Counted from the stretch's first letter, positions 1 to 9,857 are shown. The stretch is DNA of 51,677 bases from Chloroflexota bacterium (GCA_052388515.1 JBQTHZ010000133.1:1-51677), one strand, 5' to 3'. The notes: generated from the letters alone by a model not told the origin. Numbers and translations: made by a program.

Positions 1-84
1 AGTGCGATGAACTCGGGCCGCCGACACGCCCCGTCGAGCGGGGCGGTCCAGCCCGGACGTCGCGCCACGGTGTGGCATCCGTAG

Positions 85-396
85 CTACGTGCTCGATCCC
101 ATGCGCCATCCGGTCCAACCCACGGCAGCGGCGCCGCCGACGATGGCCCCGATGAGCGGCAGCGTCAGGTCAGGCTCCAAACCGAGGAGGACGTGTCCGA
201 GCCATGCGCACAACGTGCCGAGGAGGCCGCCGAGGGACCAGCCCACGAACCCGACAAAGACCAGCACAACGCCTCGGATGAAGAGATGCACCAACACACC
301 GTACTCATTGGAAGCCCCGTGGACCTGATCGCCGGGCTTTAGCCTCGAGCGAGCAGGCGACTCCCGCGAGCGACGACTGGGCGGCTCACGCGCCAC
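85..396 (-). CDS. small hypothetical membrane protein
   Basis: Two hydrophobic Gly-rich segments (VVLVFVGFVGWSLGGLLG; LPLIGAIVGGAAAVGW); true start probably downstream of 396. Confidence 0.45.
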   Translation of the reverse strand: MAREPPSRRSRESPARSRLKPGDQVHGASNEYGVLVHLFIRGVVLVFVGFVGWSLGGLLGTLCAWLGHVLLGLEPDLTLPLIGAIVGGAAAVGWTGWRMGSST

Positions 397-443
397 CGTC
401 TCTAAGATCGGCCGCGTCGCGCCCGGGTCGACCAGACCGGCCG

Positions 444-638
444 GGCCTCCTGCACCACGCCCATGTCATCGTCACCGAGGGCCAGTCGCATCGGTTGACC
501 GAGGCGGTTGAAGGTCGCGGCGTGACGCCGCTCGATGGCGCGGGCTGGGGAGACATGATCCAGCGGAGCGTCGGCGAGCCGAGCGCCGCCGACGGCTTCG
601 CTACTGTGTTGGGTCCGCAGCGGAGCCGGGTCGAGTGA
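444..638 (+). pseudogene. istB: IS21-family IstB helper ATPase C-terminal remnant
   Basis: Hand translation GLLHHAHVIVTEGQSHRLTEAVEGRGVTPL resembles the IstB C-terminal motif DRLLHHA-x5-G-x-S-(Y/H)-R; no start codon or Walker motifs upstream in frame. Confidence 0.65.
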
Positions 639-1555
639 ATGCCTTCCGTCAGCTGGCGACACCGATGTCGGGGGATGACGTCATCATCACGGCTGCCCTC
701 GAGCTGAAGGTGGATGGGACGACGGACGGATCGGTGCAGGTCTGGTCCATCCCGCATCAGACACCTCACACCGAGTTCGACACCATCCTCGACTTCGGCG
801 GACGGCGCCTCGCTCTCTGCAGCGGGCCCGACCGTCTGGTCGTGGTGGCCGGGGCCTGGGAGCGCCACGGGATCTGCGGCTACGACGCGAGAACCGGCGA
901 GCGGCTGTGGCAGCGCCAGGACCTGAAGCAGGTCCAGGCTCTCTCACCCGTCGACGGTGACGCCGTTGCCGCCTGTTTCGACACGCGCCCGATGCACGTG
1001 CTCGACGCGGCAAGCGGTGCCACGGTCGCGACAGTCCGGGGCGTCAGGCGCTTCTGGCAGAGCCGACATCGGGCGGTTGGTGCAGCGGAGGTGATGGGCC
1101 ATGTCGCCCTCGTCGGAACCGACGACTGGCGGGTCCGGTGGCGAGCGCCTGTCGCCGGCTTCGCGCTGCTTGACGCGGCCTTCGCGCCCGCCGCCGTGCT
1201 CGTCAGTGACGCGGTCGACTTCACTGTCGACGCTGGCGCGGTCTGCTCGCTCGACTGCTTTAGCCTCACAGGCGAGCTGCTCTGGCAGCGCCGGACCGCA
1301 CGCGAGACCAACGTGCCTTGGCTCGGCTGGGATGCCGAAGCTGCCGAGTGGCTCGGGATCACGCACCACGTCGAGAACCGGGAGCCGGAAATGCTCTCGC
1401 GCTGGTCCCGCGACGGCGAGCTCCTCTCGCGCGTCGCCCTCGGGCTCGTCGGCGAGTACGCATTCCTGCCTGCCGGCAAGCTGCTTGTCACCGGCCACGG
1501 CGACCTCGTGGAGACGAGGGCTGCGAGTCAGGTGGGACGCCTGCCTCGCACCTAG
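635..1555 (+). CDS. hypothetical protein, PQQ-like beta-propeller repeats
   Basis: Repeated YDARTGERLWQ / LDAASGATV / FSLTGELLWQ / WSRDGELLSR blade-like motifs. Confidence 0.6.
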   Translation: MNAFRQLATPMSGDDVIITAALELKVDGTTDGSVQVWSIPHQTPHTEFDTILDFGGRRLALCSGPDRLVVVAGAWERHGICGYDARTGERLWQRQDLKQVQALSPVDGDAVAACFDTRPMHVLDAASGATVATVRGVRRFWQSRHRAVGAAEVMGHVALVGTDDWRVRWRAPVAGFALLDAAFAPAAVLVSDAVDFTVDAGAVCSLDCFSLTGELLWQRRTARETNVPWLGWDAEAAEWLGITHHVENREPEMLSRWSRDGELLSRVALGLVGEYAFLPAGKLLVTGHGDLVETRAASQVGRLPRT

Positions 1556-1586
1556 CAGCGGGAGGCAGGCCCGGGCTTCTCGCTTC

Positions 1587-2927
1587 TCGGGTTTTCAGTT
1601 CGTCATACCCCATATCACACTATTCGCCCCGGCCGATCTTCCGAAGGAGGGAACCGGTCATGACGTGGCCATGGCGACCGGGATCCTCGTCGCCTCCGAC
1701 CAGCTCGATGGGACTCGGCTCCCGCGAACCGCGCTGATCGGCGAGCTGGCGTTGGACGGATCGCTCCGCCAGGTGCCCGGCGTCATGGCACTCGTGTCGG
1801 CCGCCCAGGCGGCCGGGGCACGAGACGCGATTGTTCCGGAGGAATGCGCCGCCGAGGGCGCGGTGGTCCGCGACATCCGCGTGCGAGGCGCTCGCGAGTT
1901 TCGCCAGGTCATCCGGCATCTCGCCGGCAAGGAGGAGCTCGCGATCGCCGGCCCGCCGACCCGACAGACCGACGGGCCACCGGACGATGCGCCCGACCTG
2001 GGATCGGTGGTCGGCCACCTTGTTGGGCGGCGTGCGCTCGAGATCGCAGTCGCCGGGCGCCACAACCTGGCCTTTACCGGCCCACCAGGCGTCGGAAAGA
2101 CGCTCCTGGCCAGGTCCGCCGCCACGGTGCTGCCCCTGCTCGATGATCGGGAGGCTGCCGAGGTGAGCCGAATTCACTCGGTCGCGGGCCTGGCGGCCTC
2201 ACGCGCGTCGGTCAGCCTGCGGCGCCCATTTCGAGCCCCGCATCACACAATCTCGATGCAGGCGCTCGTCGGTGGAGGTCGACGGATTCGGCCGGGCGAG
2301 GCGAGCCTGGCGCATCGCGGCGTGCTGTATCTCGACGAGACCCTTCAGTTCCGGGCTGACGCGCTCGATGCGCTGCGAGGGCCGATCGATGCCGGCACCG
2401 TCACGATCGCTCGCGTGGAGGGCGTTCTGGCGCTCCCCGCGCGGTTCATGCTGCTCGCGTCGTTCAATCCGTGCCCGTGTGGCTGGTTCGGCGTCGCTCG
2501 TCACGAATGCACCTGCGAGGACGGCGCGCGGAGGCGCTACCAGGCGCGCCTTTCCGGACCGATGCGTGATCGGCTCGACATGATCGTCAACCTCGAACCG
2601 GTCGGATCACTGCGCCGCGCGCGCCCGTGCGAAGACTCGAGTGTGGTGGCCGCCCGCGTGGCGACGGCCGCAGCGATGCAGGCCGAGCGGCAGGGAGGAT
2701 GGAATGCGGATGTCCCAGCGGGATGCCTCGACGATCGGAGCGGGTTCTCGACAGCCATTCGCGAGCTGCTCGACGCTCGCGGCCGGCAGCTTGGCCTCTC
2801 CATGCGCCGCCTCCATCGCGCGTCGCGCGTCGCTCGCACCATCGCTGACCTGGCCGGTTCGAGCTTCGTGCGGGTCGAGCACCTGGACGAGGCCCTCATG
2901 CACCGCCCCAAGGAGGTGCGTCCGTGA
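1587..2927 (+). pseudogene. comM: YifB/ComM Mg-chelatase-like AAA+ ATPase, 5'-truncated
   Basis: APADLPKEG, IGELALDG, Walker A GPPGVGKT, PFRAPHHT, LAHRGVLYLDE, NPCPCG, LSGPMRDRLD, RVARTIADL; the roughly 50 N-terminal residues and a native start are missing; upstream of dprA as usual. Confidence 0.8.
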
Positions 2928-4105
2928 TCGGCATCGGACCCGCCGGACCGACGGGGCGAGCTGCGGCGACGCGTGCGAACGGACGCGCGACCGAGCGGGA
3001 TGCGTGGATCGCGCTCTCCGTGCAGCCCGGCATCGGCCCCGCGGGCTTCGCGCGACTCCTGGCACGTCACGGATCCGCGGCTGCCGCGTGGGAGGCCGGA
3101 CCGGACGGCATTCGCGAGGTCGCCCACCTCGGTGTCCAGACGCCGGGGGCAGCCGAGGAGACGAGGCGTCGCGACCCGCGACTGGTGGCGCGCACCCTCG
3201 AGCGGGTCACCGAGCGGGCCGGCGGGCGAGTGGTGACCGGACTTGACGAAGCCTATCCGCTCGCCCTTCGCACGCTCGATCCTCGCCCGCCGACGCTGTT
3301 CATCGTTGGTCCGGAGACCGTCTTCCAGCGACGCGCGGTCGCCATCGTCGGAACGCGTCGCGCGTCAGGCTACGGGCTGTCGACTGCAACCGAGATCGCC
3401 GACGACCTCGCTCGCGCGGGCGTCGTGGTGGTATCGGGACTCGCCCTCGGCATCGACGGCGCTGCGCACCGTGCGTCCGTGGCCGCCAGCGCGCCCGGGA
3501 TCGCGGTCCTCCCATCCCCGATCGACCGTATCTACCCACCACGCCATCGCCCGCTCGCACGCGACCTGGTCCGCGGCGGCGGCGCGCTGGTGAGCGAGAT
3601 CGCGACGGGCGCGTCCGTCGGCCGGCCGGACTTTGCCCGGCGGAACCGCATCATCGCAGGCCTTTCCGAGGCCGTCGTCGTCGTCGAGGCGCCCGATCGA
3701 TCCGGCGCCCTGCTCACAGCTGCCGCCGCGACCTCCATCGGTCGCGAGCTGTACGCCGTTCCGGGTCCGATCGACGCCGTGGCGTCGCGCGGCTGCAACC
3801 GCCTGATCGCCGACCAGCAGGCCACACTGGTGACCTCGAGTGCGTCGCTTCTGCACCAGATCGGCCTCGCCCGGGGCCATCGGCCTCCGACGGTCACCGC
3901 CCTCTCCGAGGTCGAGGGTCAGATCCTCCGACACCTCCTCGAACGGAGCGGATCGATCGAGGAGCTCGTCGACCGGACGCATCAGCCGGCGGCCTCCGTG
4001 GCGAGCGCGCTTGCCCTGCTGGAGGCCCGTGGCCTCGTCAATTCATTCGGTGGAGCCACGTTTCATCCGACCCTCGTCGCCCGGCGGCTCGCGGGGGTCG
4101 TATGA
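2924..4105 (+). CDS. dprA: DNA-processing protein DprA
   Basis: VAIVGTR, VSGLALGIDGAAH, FARRNRIIAGLS, SGALLTA, AVPGPI, GCNRLI; C-terminal winged helix. Confidence 0.95.
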   Translation: MIGIGPAGPTGRAAATRANGRATERDAWIALSVQPGIGPAGFARLLARHGSAAAAWEAGPDGIREVAHLGVQTPGAAEETRRRDPRLVARTLERVTERAGGRVVTGLDEAYPLALRTLDPRPPTLFIVGPETVFQRRAVAIVGTRRASGYGLSTATEIADDLARAGVVVVSGLALGIDGAAHRASVAASAPGIAVLPSPIDRIYPPRHRPLARDLVRGGGALVSEIATGASVGRPDFARRNRIIAGLSEAVVVVEAPDRSGALLTAAAATSIGRELYAVPGPIDAVASRGCNRLIADQQATLVTSSASLLHQIGLARGHRPPTVTALSEVEGQILRHLLERSGSIEELVDRTHQPAASVASALALLEARGLVNSFGGATFHPTLVARRLAGVV

Positions 4106-4171
4106 CAGAGGTGGTACCCATGGGCTATCCTGCCTCCGCCACTCGCCGTCGTCCTCGCGTGCCCGTCAAGG

Positions 4172-5887
4172 ATGGCGTTATTTGTGCATGGAGTTTGTGT
4201 ATTGCGTCCGAAACGAACCGTAAGAGCGGCCGCGGCCGCCCCGTTCGAGTCGCTCGGCACGCTGCTGAGCAGCCATCGAGCCGTCGCCCGCGTCTCGTTG
4301 GCGGCCCTCTCGTTCACGTTCATCATCGCGTTCAGCCAGCAGACGCCGGTCACGCAGGCCGGTCCGGAATCGGCTCCCGTCATCGCCGAGTCACTGCTGC
4401 CGCAGAACGTCGGGATCGGTGTCGCCACCGACGCCCCCGTCACCATCGCCTTCGACGGCGCCATGAACCCCGGCTCCGTCGAGGCAGCCCTCCACGTGTT
4501 GCCGGCCCAGCCCGTTCGATTGGCATGGAACGAGAGCCTGGACCAGCTGACGGTCGCGCCGGAGCAACGCTGGCGCACCGACGAAAGCTATCTCGTCGTC
4601 ATCGGCGATTCCGCGCTCCGGACGGATGGCCAGGCGCTGGCCGGCGCCAGCCGCCATGCGTTCACCACCCAGACGGCTCCGACCGTCTCCGACTTCCAGG
4701 TCCGCCTGGTGGACGAGATCGTCGCGCCGCAGCTCGGGGAGGAGGCGCGCGCGAAGGCCGCGGCCACGCTCGACGCCGACGCGTTGAGCTCGGATTTCGA
4801 CGCCGGTTCGCACCCGCCGACGATGACCGCCACCGATGTCAGCGCGTCGAGCGCCATCACTGTCAGCTTCTCCCACGACATGGATGCCGCCGACGTCGAG
4901 GAGCAGTTCGCGATCAGCCCCGAGGTTGCCGGCGACCTCAGCTGGGAGCATGGCGAGCTGGTCTTCAGCCCAACCGAGCGGCTCGAGCCCGGCAGCCGGT
5001 ACACGATCAGCGTGATCGGCTCTCACGATCGAACCGGGAACGTGATCGGCGGCAAGGCCAACTTCTCGTTCATCGTGCAGCCAGGTGCCCAGGTCACCAT
5101 GACCCAGCCGGACACGGACGCGACCGACGTCGAGCCGGCGACCGTCGAGCTCTGGTTCAGCCAGCCCATGGACGTCGACGCGACGAACGAGGCATTCGGC
5201 CTGACCGATACGAGCAGCGGCGCGCTGGTCGGGGGCAACCTCTCATGGAACGAGGCTGGCACGCAATTGGTCTACCTTCCCGACGACCCGTTCATCGGTG
5301 GACGGACGTTCACCGTTGCCTTCGACGGAGGTGCCCGGGACGCGGACGGGACCAGGGTCGAGGCCTCACTCTCGTTCACCACCAAGGCCGCTCCAGTGGT
5401 CGCAGCGCCGACCCGCGCAGCGGCCTCGGTGCGCAGCGCCACACCGGCCCCGGCGGCGTTGCCTCCCGCCGCGCCGGCGACGAGCCTGGCCGGGTACGCC
5501 CTGAACCAGGTGAACGCGGCCCGCGCGGCGTATGGCTTCGCACCCGTGGTCCTGGACGCCGGCGTGTCGGCTGTCGCGTCTGCGCATGCGATGGACCAGG
5601 CTCAGAACGGGTACTTCAGCCACACAGGCGCGAACGGCAGCACCCGCGAGAGCCGGCTTCGAGCCGGTGGTGTGAGCTTCGGCTGGTCGGGCGAGAACCA
5701 GTGCTACCACGTTGGCATGAGCCAGCAGGCGACGCTCGACTGGTGTCACTCGCAGTTCATGGCCGAGCCGTACCCAGGGCACTGGAATCACATCGCCAAC
5801 ATCCTGAATCCCAACGCGAGGCGGATGGGCGTCGGGATCGCAACCGTTGGTGGTCGGACCGTGATCACCTGGAACTTCGTCGACTGA
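4172..5887 (+). CDS. secreted/surface protein with three Ig-like (SbsA/Big_5-type) domains and a C-terminal CAP/SCP domain
   Basis: N-terminal hydrophobic segment; three repeats (VTIAFDGAM, ITVSFSHDM, VELWFSQPM); Ala/Pro linker; CAP motifs VNAARAAYG, YFSH, GEN, HIANIL, MGVG; start uncertain. Confidence 0.75.
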   Translation: MALFVHGVCVLRPKRTVRAAAAAPFESLGTLLSSHRAVARVSLAALSFTFIIAFSQQTPVTQAGPESAPVIAESLLPQNVGIGVATDAPVTIAFDGAMNPGSVEAALHVLPAQPVRLAWNESLDQLTVAPEQRWRTDESYLVVIGDSALRTDGQALAGASRHAFTTQTAPTVSDFQVRLVDEIVAPQLGEEARAKAAATLDADALSSDFDAGSHPPTMTATDVSASSAITVSFSHDMDAADVEEQFAISPEVAGDLSWEHGELVFSPTERLEPGSRYTISVIGSHDRTGNVIGGKANFSFIVQPGAQVTMTQPDTDATDVEPATVELWFSQPMDVDATNEAFGLTDTSSGALVGGNLSWNEAGTQLVYLPDDPFIGGRTFTVAFDGGARDADGTRVEASLSFTTKAAPVVAAPTRAAASVRSATPAPAALPPAAPATSLAGYALNQVNAARAAYGFAPVVLDAGVSAVASAHAMDQAQNGYFSHTGANGSTRESRLRAGGVSFGWSGENQCYHVGMSQQATLDWCHSQFMAEPYPGHWNHIANILNPNARRMGVGIATVGGRTVITWNFVD

Positions 5888-5990
5888 GCACCGGCCGGCA
5901 TGCCGCCGTCCCGGCACGCCTGCAGCCCCGCCTCGCCACCAACCGGCCCCGCTGCACTGATCCGCCATCGGCGGTCGCGCACGGGGCCGG

Positions 5991-5999
5991 TGCTACACT
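5991..5999 (+). promoter_or_regulatory. putative extended -10 promoter (TGcTACACT) for the topA locus
   Basis: TGnTAnnnT match 9 nt before ATG 6009, just after a GC hairpin (accggccccg/cggggccggt). Confidence 0.5.
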
Positions 6000-6008
6000 C
6001 GCTCACCG

Positions 6009-6179
6009 ATGCCCCGATTCCGCACCGCCGCTGGCGACCTCGTGATCGTCGAGTCTCCGGCAACGGCGACGACGATCGAGCGTTCTCCCGGCCCTGGCGT
6101 CCCCGTCACGGCCGGCTACTGGCATGTCGCAGCGCTGGGCCAGCTGAATGCTCGGATGCTCCGCGACCTGGAGGCCTGA
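6009..6179 (+). pseudogene. degenerate topoisomerase I N-terminal remnant (56 codons)
   Basis: Hand translation MPRFRTAAGDLVIVESPATATTIERSPGPGVPVTAGYWHVAAL... parallels the TopA TOPRIM start LVIVESPAKAKTI...ASxGHVRDL; below the ORF-track cutoff. Confidence 0.75.
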
Positions 6180-6182
6180 CCG

Positions 6183-8858
6183 ATGTCGAAGCCACTCGTC
6201 ATCGTCGAGTCGCCCGCAAAGGCAAGGACGCTGACGCGTCTCCTGGGTGACGAGTACCGCGTCGAGGCCAGCGTGGGCCACGTACGCGATCTTCCCGAGA
6301 ACGCGAGCGAGGTGCCAGCCGAGATCAAGGACAAGCCGTGGGGACGCATGGGCGTCGACGTCGACAACGGTTTTCGGCCGTACTACGTCGTCTCGCGCGA
6401 AAAGTCCGGCCGCATTCGCGACCTGCGCGCGGCGGTGAAGGACGTCTCCGAGATCCTGCTGGCCACTGACCCAGATCGCGAGGGCGAGTCGATCAGCTGG
6501 CACCTGCGGGAGGTCCTCAAACCGAGCGTGCCGGTCCGCCGCATCGAGTTCCACGAGATAACTGAAGAAGCAGTCCGCAGGGCCATCGACGAGGCGCGCG
6601 ACATCGACCTGCAGCTCGTCGATGCCCAGGAGAGCCGCCGCATCGTCGATCGGCTGTACGGGTACATGGTGTCGCCCGTGCTCTGGAAGAAGGTGCAGAC
6701 CGGGCTCAGCGCCGGCCGCGTGCAGAGCGTGGCCGTGCGCCTCGTCGTCGAGCGAGAGGAGGCGCGCCGTGCGTTCCGTAAGGGCGTCTACTGGGGGCTC
6801 GACGCTCGCATCCGAGCGCAGGGCACGTCTTTCACGGCATCACTGGCGCGCGTCGGATCCGCGCGGCTGGCGATGGGCAGGGACTTCGATCCCGCGACGG
6901 GCCAGCTGAAGGACACCAGCGTCCGAGTGCTGGACGAGGGATCGGCCGGAAGGCTGCGTGACGCCCTTGCGGACCGGCTCCCGTGGTCGGTCACCGCGGT
7001 GGACGAGCGGCCCGCCTCGCAGGCGCCGTACGCGCCGTTCACCACGTCGACCTTCCAGCAGGAGGCCAACCGCAAGCTCGGCTTCTCTGCCGACCGAACG
7101 ATGAACGCTGCTCAGCGGCTGTTCCAGGAAGGTCTGATCTCGTACCACCGCACCGACTCGACCACGCTCAGCGAGCGCGCGATGGGCGAGGCTGCCGACG
7201 CGATTCGGTCTCTCTATGGACCCGAGTACCACGGTGGACCTCGTCAGTACCGCACCAAGGTCAAGAATGCCCAGGAGGCCCACGAGGCCATCAGGCCGAC
7301 GGACTTTGCCCGGACTCCCGACCGGCTGCGCCAGCTTGCCGGTCGCGACGAGGGTCGCCTGTACGATCTGATCTGGAAGCGCGCGGTGGCCTCGCAGATG
7401 TCCGACGCCCGCCTGCTCCGCACGACGCTCGAGATCACGGCCGACGGGCCGGATGGGCCGCACGTATTCATCGCGTCCGGGAAGGCGGTCCACTTCGCGG
7501 GATTCCTGCGCGCCTACGTCGAAGGGTCCGATGACCCCGCCGCGGAGCTCGGTGATCAGGAGACGGTCCTGCCCAAGCTGCAGGTGGGCGACCTCGTCTC
7601 GGCCGACGGAGCCCTCGCGCTCGAGGGCCTCGAGAGCAAGGGCCATGAGACGTCGCCCCCGGCGCGCTACACGGACGCCTCACTTGTGAAGCGGCTCGAG
7701 GAGGACGGCATCGGTCGGCCATCGACCTACGCCTCGATCATCTCGACCATCGAGCGACGCGGGTACGTCTGGCGGCAGGGAAAGGCCCTCGTCCCGAGCT
7801 TCACGGCGTTTGCCGTGACGCACCTGCTGAAGGAGCATTTCGGAGCGCTCGTCGAGCTCGGGTTCACCGGGCAGATCGAGGAGAACCTTGACGAGATCTC
7901 GAAGGGCGAGCGAGAACGCGACGAGTTTCTTGCCACGTTCTACCACGGGGATGGCGGACGCCAATGGCCCGGGCTCAGGCACCTCGTGGAGAACGAGACG
8001 CAGATCGCATACCCGACCATCGCGCTCGGCGAGCATCCGGCGACCGGCGCCCCGGTGGTCGTGCGCATCGGCAGGTTCGGCCCGTACGTGCAGATCGGCG
8101 AGGGCGACGCGGCCAGTAACGCATCCGTCCCCGATGACACGCCGCCTGCCGACCTGACGCTGGAACGGGCCATCGAGCTCGTCGAGGCGCGAGCCAAGGG
8201 GCCGGCGAGTCTTGGCCCCGACCCTGCCTCGGGGCTGCCGATCTACGTGATGAGCGGCCGGTTCGGCCCATACGTGCAGCTCGGCGACACGCCCGAGAAG
8301 GGCAGCTCCGAGAAGCCTCGGCGGGCCTCGCTGACGCGCGACGACCACGAAGCGTCGCTCACGCTCGAGCGTGCCATCGAGCTGCTCTCGCTGCCGCGGC
8401 TCGTCGGCCATGATTCCGAGACAGGGGAGGACATCACCGCCAACTTCGGTCGCTTCGGGCCGTACGTGAAGCGTGCCGACGAGTTTCGATCGCTGGCGAC
8501 CGATGCGGACGTCTTCCAGGTGACCCTCGAGCAGGCCGTCGAGCTGTTCAAGCAGGAGAAGCCACCACGACGCACCGCCAGGAAGGTGCTGCGAGATCTG
8601 GGCCTCCATCCAACGTCGGGTGCTCCCGTGCACCTCATGGAGGGCAGGTACGGTCCGTACGTCAGCGACGGGACGATCAACGCGTCCCTGCCGAAGGACA
8701 TGAACGCCGACGACGTGACCCTGCCCGTCGCCGAGGGCCTCCTGCGCGAACGAGCAGAAGCGAAGACCGGCGGCCGCCAGCGCAAGGCCGCAGCGAAGCG
8801 CGGGCCCGCGCGGCGATCCACGAAACGCAAGGCCGCCCCGCGCAAGCCCCAGGGATGA
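6183..8858 (+). CDS. topA: DNA topoisomerase I with Topo_C_Rpt-type C-terminal repeats
   Basis: LVIVESPAK, ATDPDREGE, SAGRVQS, catalytic ISYHRTDS, AQEAHEAIRPT, GIGRPSTY; four GR(F/Y)GPYV repeats, no Cys4 zinc ribbons, basic tail. Confidence 0.97.
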   Translation: MSKPLVIVESPAKARTLTRLLGDEYRVEASVGHVRDLPENASEVPAEIKDKPWGRMGVDVDNGFRPYYVVSREKSGRIRDLRAAVKDVSEILLATDPDREGESISWHLREVLKPSVPVRRIEFHEITEEAVRRAIDEARDIDLQLVDAQESRRIVDRLYGYMVSPVLWKKVQTGLSAGRVQSVAVRLVVEREEARRAFRKGVYWGLDARIRAQGTSFTASLARVGSARLAMGRDFDPATGQLKDTSVRVLDEGSAGRLRDALADRLPWSVTAVDERPASQAPYAPFTTSTFQQEANRKLGFSADRTMNAAQRLFQEGLISYHRTDSTTLSERAMGEAADAIRSLYGPEYHGGPRQYRTKVKNAQEAHEAIRPTDFARTPDRLRQLAGRDEGRLYDLIWKRAVASQMSDARLLRTTLEITADGPDGPHVFIASGKAVHFAGFLRAYVEGSDDPAAELGDQETVLPKLQVGDLVSADGALALEGLESKGHETSPPARYTDASLVKRLEEDGIGRPSTYASIISTIERRGYVWRQGKALVPSFTAFAVTHLLKEHFGALVELGFTGQIEENLDEISKGERERDEFLATFYHGDGGRQWPGLRHLVENETQIAYPTIALGEHPATGAPVVVRIGRFGPYVQIGEGDAASNASVPDDTPPADLTLERAIELVEARAKGPASLGPDPASGLPIYVMSGRFGPYVQLGDTPEKGSSEKPRRASLTRDDHEASLTLERAIELLSLPRLVGHDSETGEDITANFGRFGPYVKRADEFRSLATDADVFQVTLEQAVELFKQEKPPRRTARKVLRDLGLHPTSGAPVHLMEGRYGPYVSDGTINASLPKDMNADDVTLPVAEGLLRERAEAKTGGRQRKAAAKRGPARRSTKRKAAPRKPQG

Positions 8859-8888
8859 GTTCGGGTTCCTTCGTGCCGCGCGCTGATC

Positions 8889-9857
8889 GTGGCTGAGACG
8901 ACCACGACCCCGCAGCTGGCACCAGGTGCGCGGCGCGCTCTGGACTCGTTTCTCGATGGCCTTCGTGGACGCAATGCCTCGCCGGGCACGCTGACCGAAT
9001 ACCGGCGCCATGCGACCGAGTTCCTGGTTTTCCTCGACGAGCGCGGCATCGACTGGCGCTCGCCCGATCGCACGACCGTGCGTCACTACCTGTCCATGCT
9101 CGCCGACCGTGACCTGGCGGCGACATCGGTCGCCGGTCGCCTTGCGGCTGTGCGTTCCCTGTACCGTCACGCGCTCCGCCACGGACGCATCGAGACCGAT
9201 CCGCTCGCCGGCGTCCGAGCTCCGCGGCGCCCGTCCCGCCTGCCGCGCGTGCTCTCGGTCGACGAGGCGGAGGAGCTCGTCACCGCCCCGCGGCGCCTGT
9301 CGTCCCGGGACGAGGCGCTGGCCAGGCGCGACGAGGCGATGCTCGAGCTGCTGTATGCCACCGGCATGCGGATCAGCGAGCTCGCGGGTCTGACGATCGA
9401 CCGGATCGATCTTCGCCGGCGCCGGCTGCGGGTCATCGGCAAGGGCACGAAGGAGCGTGAGCTCCTGTTCGGCGCACCGGCCGCTGGAGCATTGCGCGGC
9501 TACCTCGAGCACGCGCGCCCGATCCTGGCGGCTCGCCGAGAGAGCCGCGCAGCAGCCGTCTTCCTGAACGCCAACGGCGGCCCGCTCACGGCCCGCGGCG
9601 CCCGACTGGTGCTTGCCCGATGGGTCGAGGCGGTCGGTGCGCCGGATCGGACCAGCCCGCACACCCTGCGTCACTCGTTCGCCACGCACCTGCTCGAGGG
9701 CGGCGCAGACCTGCGCGTCGTCCAGGAGCTGCTGGGGCACGCCAACCTGCAGACGACGCAGATCTACACCCATCTCTCCGATGCCGCGCTGCGCAGCGCC
9801 TATCGCGAGGCGCATCCGCGCGCCGGGCGTGGGTCGAGCGGGCGGTCCGGCCGGTGA
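8889..9857 (+). CDS. xerC: tyrosine recombinase XerC
   Basis: LLYATGMRISEL, GKGTKER, SPHTLRHSFATHLL, LLGHANLQTTQIYTH; follows dprA-topA. Confidence 0.88.
   Translation: MAETTTTPQLAPGARRALDSFLDGLRGRNASPGTLTEYRRHATEFLVFLDERGIDWRSPDRTTVRHYLSMLADRDLAATSVAGRLAAVRSLYRHALRHGRIETDPLAGVRAPRRPSRLPRVLSVDEAEELVTAPRRLSSRDEALARRDEAMLELLYATGMRISELAGLTIDRIDLRRRRLRVIGKGTKERELLFGAPAAGALRGYLEHARPILAARRESRAAAVFLNANGGPLTARGARLVLARWVEAVGAPDRTSPHTLRHSFATHLLEGGADLRVVQELLGHANLQTTQIYTHLSDAALRSAYREAHPRAGRGSSGRSGR

Noticed and set aside
1101-1586. N-terminal extension of the 608-aa comM ORF
   Set aside because: Overlaps the beta-propeller gene out of frame, low-complexity Ser/Arg/Pro sequence, no ComM similarity
8889-9857. 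xerC or xerD (44269-45180) as mobile-element integrases
   Set aside because: Both are typical chromosomal Xer proteins in conserved housekeeping neighbourhoods
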